NCBI GenBank assembly: GCA_002269645.1
Contig: NIVC01001827.1
Coordinates: 124,001 to 188,000, forward strand
Source: Macrostomum lignano
Lineage: Eukaryota
Length of the DNA: 64,000 nt
Reading direction: 5' to 3'
The notes under the pieces were generated by a model, which worked only from the letters and a program-made list of their open reading frames with translations, was not told where the DNA came from and made no database searches. Made by a program: the position numbers and the translations under genes. The stretch's first letter is position 1. Each line of letters opens with the position of its first letter. Positions 10,401 through 20,531 of this stretch are shown in pieces.

Positions 10401-11949
10401 GGTTAGCACTGAGGCACTGGTTAAACAGTGCAAATCGCCACTCACTGAAGTGCTCCAAAGCCCCGTCAACCGCTTAGCTCCCTCTCACTGAGGTGCTCCA
10501 AAGCCCCTCCAACCGCTTAGCTCCCACTCACTGAAGTGCTCCAAAGCCCCGTCAACCGCTTAGCTCCCTCTCACTGAGGTGCTCCAAATCCCCGTCAACC
10601 GCTTAGCTCCCACTCACTGAAGTGTCCAAAGCCCCGTCAACCGCTTAGCTCCCACCCACTGAAGTGCTCCAAAGCCCCGTCAACCGCTTAGCTCCCACTC
10701 ACTGAAGTGCTCCAAACCCCCCTCCCAACTGCTTAACTCCCACTCACTGAAGTGCTCCAAAGCCCCGTCAACCGCTTAGCTCCCACTCACTGAAGTGCTC
10801 CAAAGCCCCGTCAACCGCTTAGCTCCCACTCACTGAAGTGCTCCAAACCCCCCCCCCTCCCAACCGCTTAGCTCCCACTCACATAAGTGCTCCAAACCCC
10901 CCCTCCCAACCGCTTAACTCCCACTCACTGAAGTGCTCCAAACCCCCCTCCCAACTGCTTAACTCCCACTCACTGAAGTGCTCCAAAGCCCCGCCAACCG
11001 CTTAACTCCCTCTCACTGAAGTGCTCCAAGCCCCTCCAACCGCTTAACTCCCTCTCACTGAAGTGTCCAAAGCCCCTCCAACCGCTTAACTCCCACTCCA
11101 GCGGATGACGCCGTCTACGCCTTGGGCAGCCCTGCGAGACCCTCCAAGCCGCTTGGCGAGGCGCGCGCCCAACTGTCGGGCTTCCTCGTCCGCAGCCTCG
11201 TCGAGTTCGCCAACAGCGGCAACGTGAGCTGGGAGGCCTACGGGGCCGGAAGCCGGCGGGTGCTGCTGCTGCGCGACTCTGGAAGCGGCGGCTGGAACGT
11301 CAGCTGGCCGCCTCGCTACGTTGAGCACGCGCTCCGCGGACTGGACTGCGCCTTCTGGGACCAGACGCTGCCGTGCGTCGCCTCGCCTGACTGCATCAAC
11401 GACCTCCCTACGCCCTCGCCGACGACACCGACAGAAGCACCGACGGAGACACCAACGGCACCACAGACGGCGACGCCGCAGACGGAGATGACCGATTCTA
11501 CTGGAACACAGGTGACTGGCCAGTCAACTAATTATGACTCTACCTTGTCCTCAAGCTCTACAGGTCCCACCGATCATTCAGAAATCACTGACTCAACACC
11601 CGCACCTACTACACCTACTACTCCGATCCTCCCTTCCGAGACTCCGAACCCGGACGCAGGCGGCCTCGAAACCTGGGCAGTTGCACTCATTTTGGTCTTC
11701 TCCGTTGTCGGCGCTGGCCTGCTGATTGGCAGCGGCTTCTTGCTCTACAGGTGTTATTTTCGGAGTCAGTCAGATGGAGAGAACTTTCCGATGGAGTCAA
11801 ACTCTGGTAGAGCAAATCCACCAAAGAGGCAAGCAGGTCAGCAGCCACCGCCGCAGCAGCAGTATCGTCAGCATGAGCAGCCAGAAAATTATCTGCGTCA
11901 GTCGAGGCCGACTGAAGCCGGCAACAGCAACGGCGGATATACTGGCTGA
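4460..11949 (+). CDS. Type I membrane protein with two tandem non-catalytic carboxyl/cholinesterase-like domains, mucin-like stalk, TM helix and short tail (copy A, about 1277 aa, 8 exons)
   Basis: GT-AG exons with consistent phases: 4460-5509, 6127-6514, 6778-7185, 7785-8036, 8511-8801, 8939-9240, 10048-10342, 11102-11949. Signal peptide (AAIAALAVVALTLTAARG). COesterase motifs twice: RVPYAEPPVG/GLPYAKPPIG, NNGLEDQRLAL/NLGLRDQALAL, FGGDPARVTL/FGGSPSKISL, SEDCLYLNLW, FLHGG. Thr/Pro/Ser stalk; TM WAVALILVFSVVGAGLLIGSGFLLY. Confidence 0.85.
5580..6126. repeat. 33/35-bp minisatellite in intron 1 of copy A
   Basis: Unit CACTCACCTGACCCACCTGGCCACT(TT)GCAGCTGT; the last unit supplies the acceptor TTTGCAG. 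Confidence 0.95.
6540..6750. repeat. 26-bp minisatellite in intron 2 of copy A
   Basis: Unit CTTCAAATGCCTGCTCAGAGTTGCTG. Confidence 0.9.
7215..7735. repeat. 12-bp minisatellite in intron 3 of copy A
   Basis: Unit ATTGAGTCCCG(C/T). Confidence 0.95.
8037..8400. repeat. Purine-rich 11-bp-type repeat in intron 4 of copy A
   Basis: Unit GGGTGAGGAGA, starting at the donor G|GTGAGT. Confidence 0.9.
9245..10065. repeat. 49/34-bp minisatellite in intron 6 of copy A spanning the intron-exon junction
   Basis: Unit CTCACCTCCCACAG|CACCTGGGCCAGTCACT; exon 7 begins CACCTGGGCCAGTCACTGC at 10048. Confidence 0.95.
10430..11100. repeat. About 40-bp minisatellite in intron 7 of copy A
   Basis: Unit AACCGCTTA(A/G)CTCCCACTCACTGAAGTGCTCCAAAGCCCC. 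Confidence 0.95.
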
Positions 11950-12470
11950 AAATTTGTCTTTTAAAATTCTTTCTTTTCTTATTTGAATATTCAGACAGTC
12001 AGCAAGACGTAACCTACATACACGAATATTGCATGTGCAATACACTCAAGTTGATTCACGTATAGTATTTGGCTTAGCTAGCGGTTTGATTGTTCAGAGA
12101 CTCGCTTCACTTGTTATCGTTTTTCTTCTCTCTTGCTCTTATTCTGTTTCGCGAAGCTAATTCAACATTTTGCGCGCGTTATGGACGTACCCACTGTCGA
12201 TGAACGTTAATGGAGAATGGACACTTTTAAGTTTTACATTAGTCAGACGGAGGCTGACTTATCAAAACATTTTTGTTTTAATTATTTAATTTTTTTTCGC
12301 TGATTTGCGCAGTCTTGTCGTTACTAGCGTCGGCTATCTATTGTAAAAGTCCGCGCCTAGCTTCAACGTCGCATATGCGACGGGTTTTTGTGCTGTGCAT
12401 ATATATAGCTATAACGTACCTGTAGGACTTTTGCTGTGACTTTCGCCTACATAATTATACGCGTATGCTG

Positions 12471-12687
12471 TGTAAAACGAGCGAGGTTTGAGATTGTGAG
12501 AAAACCGACTTGGCGCTCAGGCCTGACAATCGATATATTTTATAAGCCGAAGATTGAGGTGGGGTTTGGGTGTTGCACACACACGGGCGCAGCCGCACGT
12601 TGCAAACAACCACCCCCCCCAAACGCAAGCACGTACAAATAGGACTACGAACAACATTAGAATATTTAGGTGCATAGAATGCTCACA
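12471..12687 (-). repeat. 3' LTR of the Gypsy element (217 bp)
   Basis: Direct repeat of 17258-17473, bounded by TGT/ACA. Confidence 0.95.
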
Positions 12688-12755
12688 CCACTTCCCCCCG
12701 GGTTTAAAAAACGCAACACAATGTCTATGGCAAAAGTTCACAGAAAATCAAGCAT

Positions 12756-15700
12756 TCACATTGGGCGATAAAAATCAGGAGGTCTTCGCTCTCTGGCCGA
12801 CCGTCTCGGCAGCTGAGCCTCTTGCTGATTGGTCTCGGTCGCTGTCTCATCCGGTCCGCCGTTACCGTCGAACAGCTGCACCCAGGCATCAGGCGCCTGG
12901 ACCTGAGGGTCCACCAGTCCGTCAGCAGTCTCGTCTGCGGTAGCCTGCAGGTCGTCGCCGGGCCGTAATGAGTTGCGCCGTTCCACAAATGGTTTGAGCC
13001 GGTCGTGGTGCACCACCTGCCTGCGTCGCATCCGCACGCCGGGACCCGAGGCCGGCCGCACTCGGTAGTTGACCTCGCCGAGCCTCTTCAGGATGATGTA
13101 CGGCCCGGTCCAGCGGATACTGAGGCTTTTTGATCTGCCAGGTTTCACCACCTTGCAGCTCAGCATCACCAAGTCGCCCTCTTTGTACGGCCGGAACCGA
13201 GTCTCCATGTTGTACCGCTCGTTGCGCTCGGTCTGCGACGCCTGCAGCTGCTGATGGACACGCGCCCGGCTGTCCAGCAGGCGCCTCTGAGTCGCCTCTG
13301 CAAAGTCCAGCGCATCAGTGAAGCCATCCGATGCTTTGGGCAGCTTGGAGTCGATTGGCAGCCTTGGTGGCCATCCGTGCAGCGTTTGGTACGGCGACAG
13401 GCCCGTGGTCGAGTGCACCGAGCTGTTGAAGGCCCACGTGACGAAGGCAAGTTGGAGGTCCCAGTCGTCCTGATCCTCTGCCACAACCGTCGCTAGCATG
13501 TCACCAAGGGTTCGGTTTCCGCGCTCAACCAGGCCGTTGCCGCTGGGATGGAAAGGGGAAGTGCGGCTTTTCTGCATGCCGAGCCGCTGGCACAGGGACT
13601 GGAACAGATGGCTTTCGAATTGACGCCCTTGGTCGCTGTGGATTGCGTCTGGGACGCCGTGCCGAAGCGCTACCTGCCTGACCAGAGCGTCGGCCACCCG
13701 CTCAGCCTCGATGCTTGGTAGAGCGCAGGTCTCCATCCACTTTGAGAAGCAGTCACAGATGCTCAGCACGTAACTGTTGCCTCGTGGTGTCCTTAGCAGC
13801 GGACCCTTGATATCGATCTGGACCATCTCCCATGGCCTCGACGGCAGTGGAGTCGCTTGCAGTGGTGCTCGCTGCGGCCGACTGCTGTTCTTCCGCCGAA
13901 GACAAGCGGCGCAGCTGGCGACCCAGTTCTTGACGTCGTTGTGCATGCCCGGCCACCAGCAGCGGTCGGCGAGCTTGTCCAGCGTTCGGTCTGTGCCGAG
14001 GTGACCGCTGCAGGCGGCGTCGTGCGCGTCAGCCAGGAACTGCGCACGCAGGTGACTGGGCACCACCGGTTTGCCCTGCCGGACCAGCTCACCGTGTTGC
14101 CCGATCTGGATGTCGCCATTTGCTAGGAATTCTTCGACTCGCTGCCGACAGCCTTTGGACAGGTGGACGAAGCCGTCACTGATCGCCTTGAAGACATTCT
14201 GCAGAAGGCTGTCTCGGAGCTGCTCTGCCAGGAAGTCATCGCGATTTGCCAGTTGAGTGACAGCCGTCCGACTGAGCACGTCTGGCACCACGTTCTCCCG
14301 CCCTGGCCGATAGCAGAGCGCGAAATTGAACTGCTGGATGGTGTCGAGCCAACGTGCCAGTCGACCCTCTGGCTCCTTGGTCTGCAGCAGGCCCTTGAGC
14401 GGCTGGTGATCGGTAAACACAGTGAAGTCTTTCACGTTGCACAGGTAGGCTCTGAAGTGCTTGAGACTCCAAACCAAGGCGAGCAGTTCCCTGTCAGTGG
14501 CCGAGTAATTTCGTTCCGCCTTGTTGAGGGTCCTGGAAGCAAATGCCACTGGAAGCTCCGCGTCTCCGTAACGCTGGCAGAGAACCGCACCCACTGCGAA
14601 GGCGCTGGCGTCGCAGCTCAGGACAAATGGTCGGCGGAAGTCCGGCAGGCGAAGCACAGGTGCTCGCCCAAGTTGCTCCTTGAGCGTCTGGAAGGCCGTC
14701 TCGCACTCGTCTGTCCAGGTGAAGCCCGTCTTCTGTGTTGCAGCATGCAGTGGTGCCGCTGTCTTGCTGAAGTCCCTGATGAATCTACGATAGAAGCACA
14801 ACATGCCGAGGAATCGTCGCACCTCCTCGGCAGAACTTGGTGACTGAATCTTGGCCAGGGCCTCCACTTTGTCCGGATCCGGCCGAATTCCTTCCCGGCT
14901 GACGATGTGGCCCAGGTACTTCACGCTCCTGTGAGCGAACACCGACTTGTCCTTGTTGAGCTTCAGTCCCGCAGCTCGCAGCCGGTCGAAAACTTTGCGC
15001 AGGCTGGCCAGATGCTCTTCGAAGCTCCGACTGAACACGATCAAGTCGTCCACGTAGACTAGCACCTCCTCCCAGGTCAGGCCGGACATAACGAGCTCCA
15101 TTAGCCTCTGGAAGGTCGCAGGAGAGTTGCACATACCGAAGCCCATCTTCTTGAACTGCATAAGGCCTCGTGTGGAATAGAAAGCAGTCTTGTAGCGGTC
15201 TGCCTCGTCGACCACGACCTGGTTGAACCCCTGCTTGCAGTCGATGGTGGTAAACCAAGAGCAGCCCGCCAGAGCATCCATCGATTGTTGCAGGTGCGGC
15301 AGGGGGTAGGCGTCCTTGATGGTCACAGCGTTCAACTGACGCCAGTCGGTGCATAGGCGGATGTCGCCGCTCTTTTTCCGGACGACGATAAGATTGCTGG
15401 CCCAGGGCGAGTTGGAAGGCTCAATGATGTCGTGCTCCAGCATCTGGCCGATTTTCTGGTCGACCTGGTCACGAACCGGCAGCGGAATCGGTCGCTGGCG
15501 CTGCTTGTAGGGCTGCGTGCCGGGCTGCAGCTCGATACGATGTTTCAGCAGCGCGGTGGAGCCGAGGTCGTACTCGTGAGTGCTGAACAGGTCACCGTTC
15601 GCCTTGAGTAGTGCCAGTAGTCTCTGCCTGTCAGCCGCATCCAAGTCAGGGTTGACATCCCAGCAGTCCGACTGCTTGACTGTGCCAGCGCTGTTGTTGA

Positions 15701-16517
15701 TCAGGTCGGCAGCTTCAAAAGAGCCGACGGCCTTGTTGGCGTAGAGTAGCACCTCCTCGGAGCCTAAATTGCACACCCGGACTGGAATCTTCTGATCAGC
15801 TGAAACGGTCAAAACTCTCGAGACAAGCAAACCAGTCGCTTGGGTAAAGTTGGCGTCGGGCTCGAAGATGCCTTGCTCGTCTTCCGACTTGACGCGGAGC
15901 CACACCAGCTTTTCGCTTCGTGCTGGAACACTTGTGTTGCTTTCCACTCGAGCAACGAGGGTGCCGGTCACCATTCGGACGCTTGAGCTGCTGTTGAAGA
16001 ACGGGACTTTCTCTCCGTTGAGGCATACGGTCCTACCAACGATGTCGATCTGAAGCTCTCGGGTGGTTCGGGTGATGAAGTCCATGCCGAGGATGAGATC
16101 CAGACTGATGTTCTCCACCACGTTGAGCTGATGGACAACCTTGACTGACTGGCCGACTTGAATTGTGGCTCGGGCAATCCCGATGCAACTCAGGCGGCCA
16201 CCATCGACCGAAGTCGGGCAGCAGCTTCCACCGGGCTCGATCTGAAGGCCGCAGACTTGCGCGAGGCTGCGGCTGATCAAGGATGTCTGTGCGCCAGTGT
16301 CGAGCAGGAAACTGACCTCCTTGCCTTGCAGAAGCGCACGCACGAAGATTGAGAGTGCAGATTGGGCACTTGATTGACGGGTAGGAGCTGGCCCTTCGCT
16401 GCCAACCCTCAGAAGTTTCCCGACGGCCGAGCCTTTGACGGGCAGACAGCCGCGCCGTGGCCCCAGCCGGAGCAGTTGAAGCAGCGACCTTGGCCCTGAG
16501 ATCCGCCAGCAGGGCAC
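12756..16517 (-). CDS. pol: Gypsy Pol: aspartic protease, reverse transcriptase, RNase H, integrase (probably expressed by -1 frameshift from gag)
   Basis: FLLDTGA (PR); RLCTDWRQLN and YVDDL (RT); LSCDAS...DHQPL (RH); H-H-C-C zinc finger, IDIKG/HSDQG/VERGNRTL (DDE IN); WTGPY (GPY/F). Uninterrupted 1253-codon ORF. Confidence 0.95.
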   Translation of the reverse strand: MPCWRISGPRSLLQLLRLGPRRGCLPVKGSAVGKLLRVGSEGPAPTRQSSAQSALSIFVRALLQGKEVSFLLDTGAQTSLISRSLAQVCGLQIEPGGSCCPTSVDGGRLSCIGIARATIQVGQSVKVVHQLNVVENISLDLILGMDFITRTTRELQIDIVGRTVCLNGEKVPFFNSSSSVRMVTGTLVARVESNTSVPARSEKLVWLRVKSEDEQGIFEPDANFTQATGLLVSRVLTVSADQKIPVRVCNLGSEEVLLYANKAVGSFEAADLINNSAGTVKQSDCWDVNPDLDAADRQRLLALLKANGDLFSTHEYDLGSTALLKHRIELQPGTQPYKQRQRPIPLPVRDQVDQKIGQMLEHDIIEPSNSPWASNLIVVRKKSGDIRLCTDWRQLNAVTIKDAYPLPHLQQSMDALAGCSWFTTIDCKQGFNQVVVDEADRYKTAFYSTRGLMQFKKMGFGMCNSPATFQRLMELVMSGLTWEEVLVYVDDLIVFSRSFEEHLASLRKVFDRLRAAGLKLNKDKSVFAHRSVKYLGHIVSREGIRPDPDKVEALAKIQSPSSAEEVRRFLGMLCFYRRFIRDFSKTAAPLHAATQKTGFTWTDECETAFQTLKEQLGRAPVLRLPDFRRPFVLSCDASAFAVGAVLCQRYGDAELPVAFASRTLNKAERNYSATDRELLALVWSLKHFRAYLCNVKDFTVFTDHQPLKGLLQTKEPEGRLARWLDTIQQFNFALCYRPGRENVVPDVLSRTAVTQLANRDDFLAEQLRDSLLQNVFKAISDGFVHLSKGCRQRVEEFLANGDIQIGQHGELVRQGKPVVPSHLRAQFLADAHDAACSGHLGTDRTLDKLADRCWWPGMHNDVKNWVASCAACLRRKNSSRPQRAPLQATPLPSRPWEMVQIDIKGPLLRTPRGNSYVLSICDCFSKWMETCALPSIEAERVADALVRQVALRHGVPDAIHSDQGRQFESHLFQSLCQRLGMQKSRTSPFHPSGNGLVERGNRTLGDMLATVVAEDQDDWDLQLAFVTWAFNSSVHSTTGLSPYQTLHGWPPRLPIDSKLPKASDGFTDALDFAEATQRRLLDSRARVHQQLQASQTERNERYNMETRFRPYKEGDLVMLSCKVVKPGRSKSLSIRWTGPYIILKRLGEVNYRVRPASGPGVRMRRRQVVHHDRLKPFVERRNSLRPGDDLQATADETADGLVDPQVQAPDAWVQLFDGNGGPDETATETNQQEAQLPRRSARERRPPDFYRPM

Positions 16518-17245
16518 CGGCGGGCGATGTGGCCTTCCTTACCGCACCGAAAGCAGCCTGATGACCGCTGCTGCTGATCTCTCGGCCTGCCGCCACCGCG
16601 TCCTCTCGCGCTGCCGCCCCTCGTCACCGCAGCCGTCAGGGTCTCCAGCTGCTGCTCCAGCCGTGCCAGTCGACCGTCAACCATCGCCACTGCGGGCGAG
16701 TTGCCTGGTTTGCATTTGCTCGCGATTTGCTCCAGCCTCGTGGCCCGCTCGACCAGCTCCTCCAGCGTGCAGGAGTCCAGGTCCCTGTCCTTGAGCAGGG
16801 TGTCACGTATGTCCGCAGTCATCAGCTGAATTATTCGAAATTTCACCTCACGATCTCGCAGCGCCGAGGAGTCATCAGGCCGTGCTGTCATGTACAGCAG
16901 CCTCAAGGAGTACGAAAGCTCTCGCAGGGTCTCTGCGCTGTTTCTCCGTCGATCTTGGAACTCTTCCATGGCGCGATGCTGGCTGGCTGCTCCGCCGAAC
17001 TGCTTTTGTAGCACCTCTTTTATCTTTTTGTAGCTTTTCCTATCAGCCTCCGGCAGATCCCAAACGCATATCTGGGCTTCACCATGCAGCAGGAGCTTCA
17101 GCTTCGAAGCAGATTGTGCGTCGTCCCAGCCTTTGTCCTCTACAAAGTCTTCGAAGACACTGAGCCATTTGTGCACGTTTGACTGGCCGGAGAATTTCGG
17201 CGGTAGCAAAGCAGCATTATTTTCACTTGTGTGAGTTGAGTCCAT
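16409..17245 (-). CDS. gag: Gypsy Gag with two CCHC zinc knuckles
   Basis: PPKFSG, a capsid-like helical region, CFRCGKEGHIARRC and CFNCSGWGHGAAVC. First ATG at about 17245 (MDSTHT). Confidence 0.9.
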   Translation of the reverse strand: MDSTHTSENNAALLPPKFSGQSNVHKWLSVFEDFVEDKGWDDAQSASKLKLLLHGEAQICVWDLPEADRKSYKKIKEVLQKQFGGAASQHRAMEEFQDRRRNSAETLRELSYSLRLLYMTARPDDSSALRDREVKFRIIQLMTADIRDTLLKDRDLDSCTLEELVERATRLEQIASKCKPGNSPAVAMVDGRLARLEQQLETLTAAVTRGGSARGRGGGRPRDQQQRSSGCFRCGKEGHIARRCPAGGSQGQGRCFNCSGWGHGAAVCPSKARPSGNF

Positions 17246-17257
17246 CGCTGCCACCAG

Positions 17258-17473
17258 TGTAAAACGAGCGAGGTTTGAGATTGTGAGAAAACCGACTTGG
17301 CGCTCAGGCCTGACAATCGATATATTTTATAAGCCGAAGATTGAGGTGGGGTTTGGGTGTTGCACACACACGGGCGCAGCCGCACGTTGCAAACAACCAC
17401 CCCCCCAAACGCAAGCACGTACAAATAGGACTACGAACAACATTAGAATATTTAGGTGCATAGAATGCTCACA
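17258..17473 (-). repeat. 5' LTR of the Gypsy element (216 bp)
   Basis: Direct repeat of 12471-12687; followed on the minus strand by the PBS. Confidence 0.95.
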
Positions 17474-18714
17474 GCTGTTTGCCCTGCATCATTGCAATTC
17501 CGTGATTAATTACACTTCCTCTTGCCGTGTGCATGTACACGTGAACTGGTGTAAAATTGGATGCACTGTTTATGAGTGTATTATTACTCTTTGACAATAT
17601 TTTTGGACTAAGCTCGTATAGGTTGAAATCATGAGGGACCAATCGGATTTTTTTTGAAATTTTCAGATACTTCAAGTTATAAAATAGTGAAAAAGGACAC
17701 CGCCAACATTTGAAGTCAAAGCCAACGCGCTTCGACACAAGCATGCAGTCAAGCAGCTTAAACAGCAAATAATTATATTTGAGTTAACCAGAAACTGTAC
17801 AGGGCAGTAGACAAAGTGTGCTCAGTCCCTATCGATAAATGCACAATCAGGTATGAAAACAGAGTAAACGGCCTACAATTCACTGAACTTAATTGGCAAA
17901 GAGATCGGTACGCAAACACTGAGTTTAGAAAATTTTGAGCTGCAAAATGGCTCATCCACCTGCAAGCTGCGCATTCAAACTATAGGCCTGTGATTTTGTG
18001 AAGCTTTACGAGCGTACGTCCTCATTCTTTTATATTTTTTGTTCAGCGAGCATCTCTACCTATAATTTTCTATTTCAAGTTAGATTTAGTTTATTTTTTT
18101 TAATAAAAGCAGCCTTATTTAAGAGTTTTGGACCATACATGTACATGCATATATGATATGAATATGATGATGCTCATGAAGTCAAGGACGACTTAAGTAG
18201 AAGGACGGGAAACCTCGTTTCTTAGAAAATTTTAGAAGGCAAGTTTTCCCGAAAAAATACGCTATGGAGATAAGAAGCAAACTTTTCGACTTGAAATTGT
18301 AAGAATGCTAGAGAAAAACTGACTGGTTGAATTCTGATTCTGAAATAGATTACATCACATAGGCTTTTTATTTATCGTCAGTGTACTGGCTGAATTTTGA
18401 CACTGAATTCAATTGCGTCACATGCAGTGTTGAAAACGTAGTGTGGAAGCATATAGCACAAGACTTGATTTAGATTGCGTAACCATATTGTCAACTTTAA
18501 TTGAGACTGACACTGACTTGCCTGAGAAATTGATTATGTCATAACTGCTTCGTGAGTGAGTGTTGAATTATAAAAGTGCTACAATTTCAAGAGCTAGTCT
18601 AGATGTGAACAGACTGGACTGCTAATGCAGCGACCTGGGTTCGATTCTTAGGAGTGGAAATTTTTTATTTTATGGAAAGCTTTTATTAAAGAATTTATAA
18701 AGGACTAAAGGTGT

Positions 18715-19575
18715 CATGTAAACAATCATTGAAGCGTCATGTAAACAATCATTGAAGCGTCATTTAAAAAATCCTAGAAACGTCATGTAAAAAAATCATA
18801 GAAGCGTTATGTAAAAATCATAGAAGCGTCATATAAAAATCATAGAAGCGTCATGTAAAAATCATAGGAGCGTCATGTAAACAATCATAGAAGCGTCATG
18901 TAAACAATCATAGAAGCGTCATGTAAACAATCATAGAAGCGTCATGTAAACAATCATAGAAACGTCATGTAAACAATCATAGAAGCGTCATGTAAAAAAA
19001 TCATAGAAGCGTCATATAAAAATCATAGAAGCGTCATGTAAAAATCATAGGAGCGTCATGTAAACAATCATAGAAGCGTCATGTAAACAATCATAGAAGC
19101 GTCATGTAAAAAATCATAGAAGCATCATGTAAAAATCATAGAAGCGTTATGTAAAAAATCATAGAAGCGTCATATAAAAATCATAGAAGCGTCATGTAAA
19201 CAATCATAGAAGCGTCATGTAAACAATCATAGAAGCGTCATGTAAAAAATCATAGGAGCGTCATGTAAACAATCATAGAAACGTCATGTAAAAAAATCAT
19301 AGAAGCGTCATGTAAACAATCATAGAAACGTCATGTAAAAAAATCATAGAAGCGTTATGTAAAAAATCATCGAAGCGTCATGTAAAAAATCATAGAAGCG
19401 TCATGTAAAAATCATAGAAGCGTCATGTAAACAATCATAGAAACGTCATGTAAACAATCATAGAAACGTCATGTAAAAAAATCATAGAAGCGTCATGTAA
19501 AAAATCATAGAAGCGTCATGTAAACAATCATAGAAGCGTCATGTAAAATGTCATAGAAGCGTCATCAAAAAATCA
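18715..19575. repeat. About 22-bp minisatellite
   Basis: Unit AATCATAGAAGCGTCATGTAAA(C/A). Confidence 0.95.
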
Positions 19576-20486
19576 TAGTAGCCTCTTATTAAAACTAATG
19601 GAAGTTTCATGTGAAAGTCAAAAGAAGTGTCATGTCAGACATGAAAGAAGTGTCATGTAAAAATTAAATGAAGCTATAGTGCTGTGCTGGGGAGAATTAC
19701 TGAGACGTCAAGCTAGGCTTTCAGAGAATAACTGAGTTTACGTGGGGGGGGGGGTTCTGAGATGTCAAAGCAAAAGTCAGAAGCTACTTCAAAGTACATG
19801 TAGTTTACTCAATTAAAATTTTTTATTTCATTCTTTTTTGGCTCGCCACGGGGGGCGCTGATAGAAGAAGAGTCATGTAAAAAAGAAAAGAAGCACTATG
19901 TATACATAAAAGAAGAGTCATGTCGAATTTTAAAGATTCATTTGGGAATTGCTACGATGTCAAGGCTTGGAGGGAATCGTTATAGTGCTGTGATTCTTAA
20001 AGAAGGAATCACTAAAATGTCAAGGCTTAGGGGAGAAGAATTGCTGAGATTTCAAGGCTTTAGTTTGGGTTAAAGTTAGGTTTAGGTCAGGTTTGGGTTG
20101 AGGTTTAGATTTTAGCGGGTTTCAAGGTTAACAGTGGATTTTTCAGATTCCAAGGTTTATGGGGGGGGGCATCGCTGACATGTCAAGGCTTACGGGGGGA
20201 ATAGCTGAGATGTCAAGGCTCACGGGGAAATAACTGCAGAGATGTCAAGGCTAAAGTCAGAAGCTACATGTAGTTTATTGAAAACTTTTTATTACATTAT
20301 TTGTTGCCTCCTCAGGGGAGGGATCGCTGATAGAAAAAGCGTAATGTAAAAAATAAAAGAAGCTTCATGTCGAAGTTAGGAGATTCATTTGGGAATCCCT
20401 ACGATATCGAGGCTTGCAGGGAATCAATATAATACTGTAGTAGTGCTATAATGACTCTTAGAGAGAATTACTGAAATTTCAATGCT

Positions 20487-20531
20487 TTAGGGTTAGGCTA
20501 GGGTTAGGGTTAGGGTTAGGGTTATGGTTAG
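20487..20531 (+). repeat. Short interstitial telomere-type (TTAGGG)n tract
   Basis: TTAGGGTTAGGCTAGGGTTAGGGTTAGGGTTAGGGTTATGGTTAG; a degenerate copy lies at about 20060-20110. Confidence 0.8.

Larger units (their letters stand above)
12471..17473 (-). mobile_element. Full-length Ty3/Gypsy LTR retrotransposon (5003 bp), very recent insertion
   Basis: TGT...ACA LTRs at 12471-12687 and 17258-17473, identical by eye except a C8/C7 run. 4-bp TSD GCTG (12467-12470, 17474-17477). PBS TGGTGGCAGCG after the 5' LTR; polypurine tract GGGGGGAAGTGG before the 3' LTR. Intact gag and pol with PR-RT-RH-IN order. Confidence 0.97.

Noticed and set aside
4460-11949. Calling the esterase-like genes acetylcholinesterase or neuroligin
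   Set aside because: Catalytic Ser and His are absent (not AChE); the two-domain architecture and tails lacking an obvious PDZ-binding end do not support a neuroligin symbol without phylogeny.
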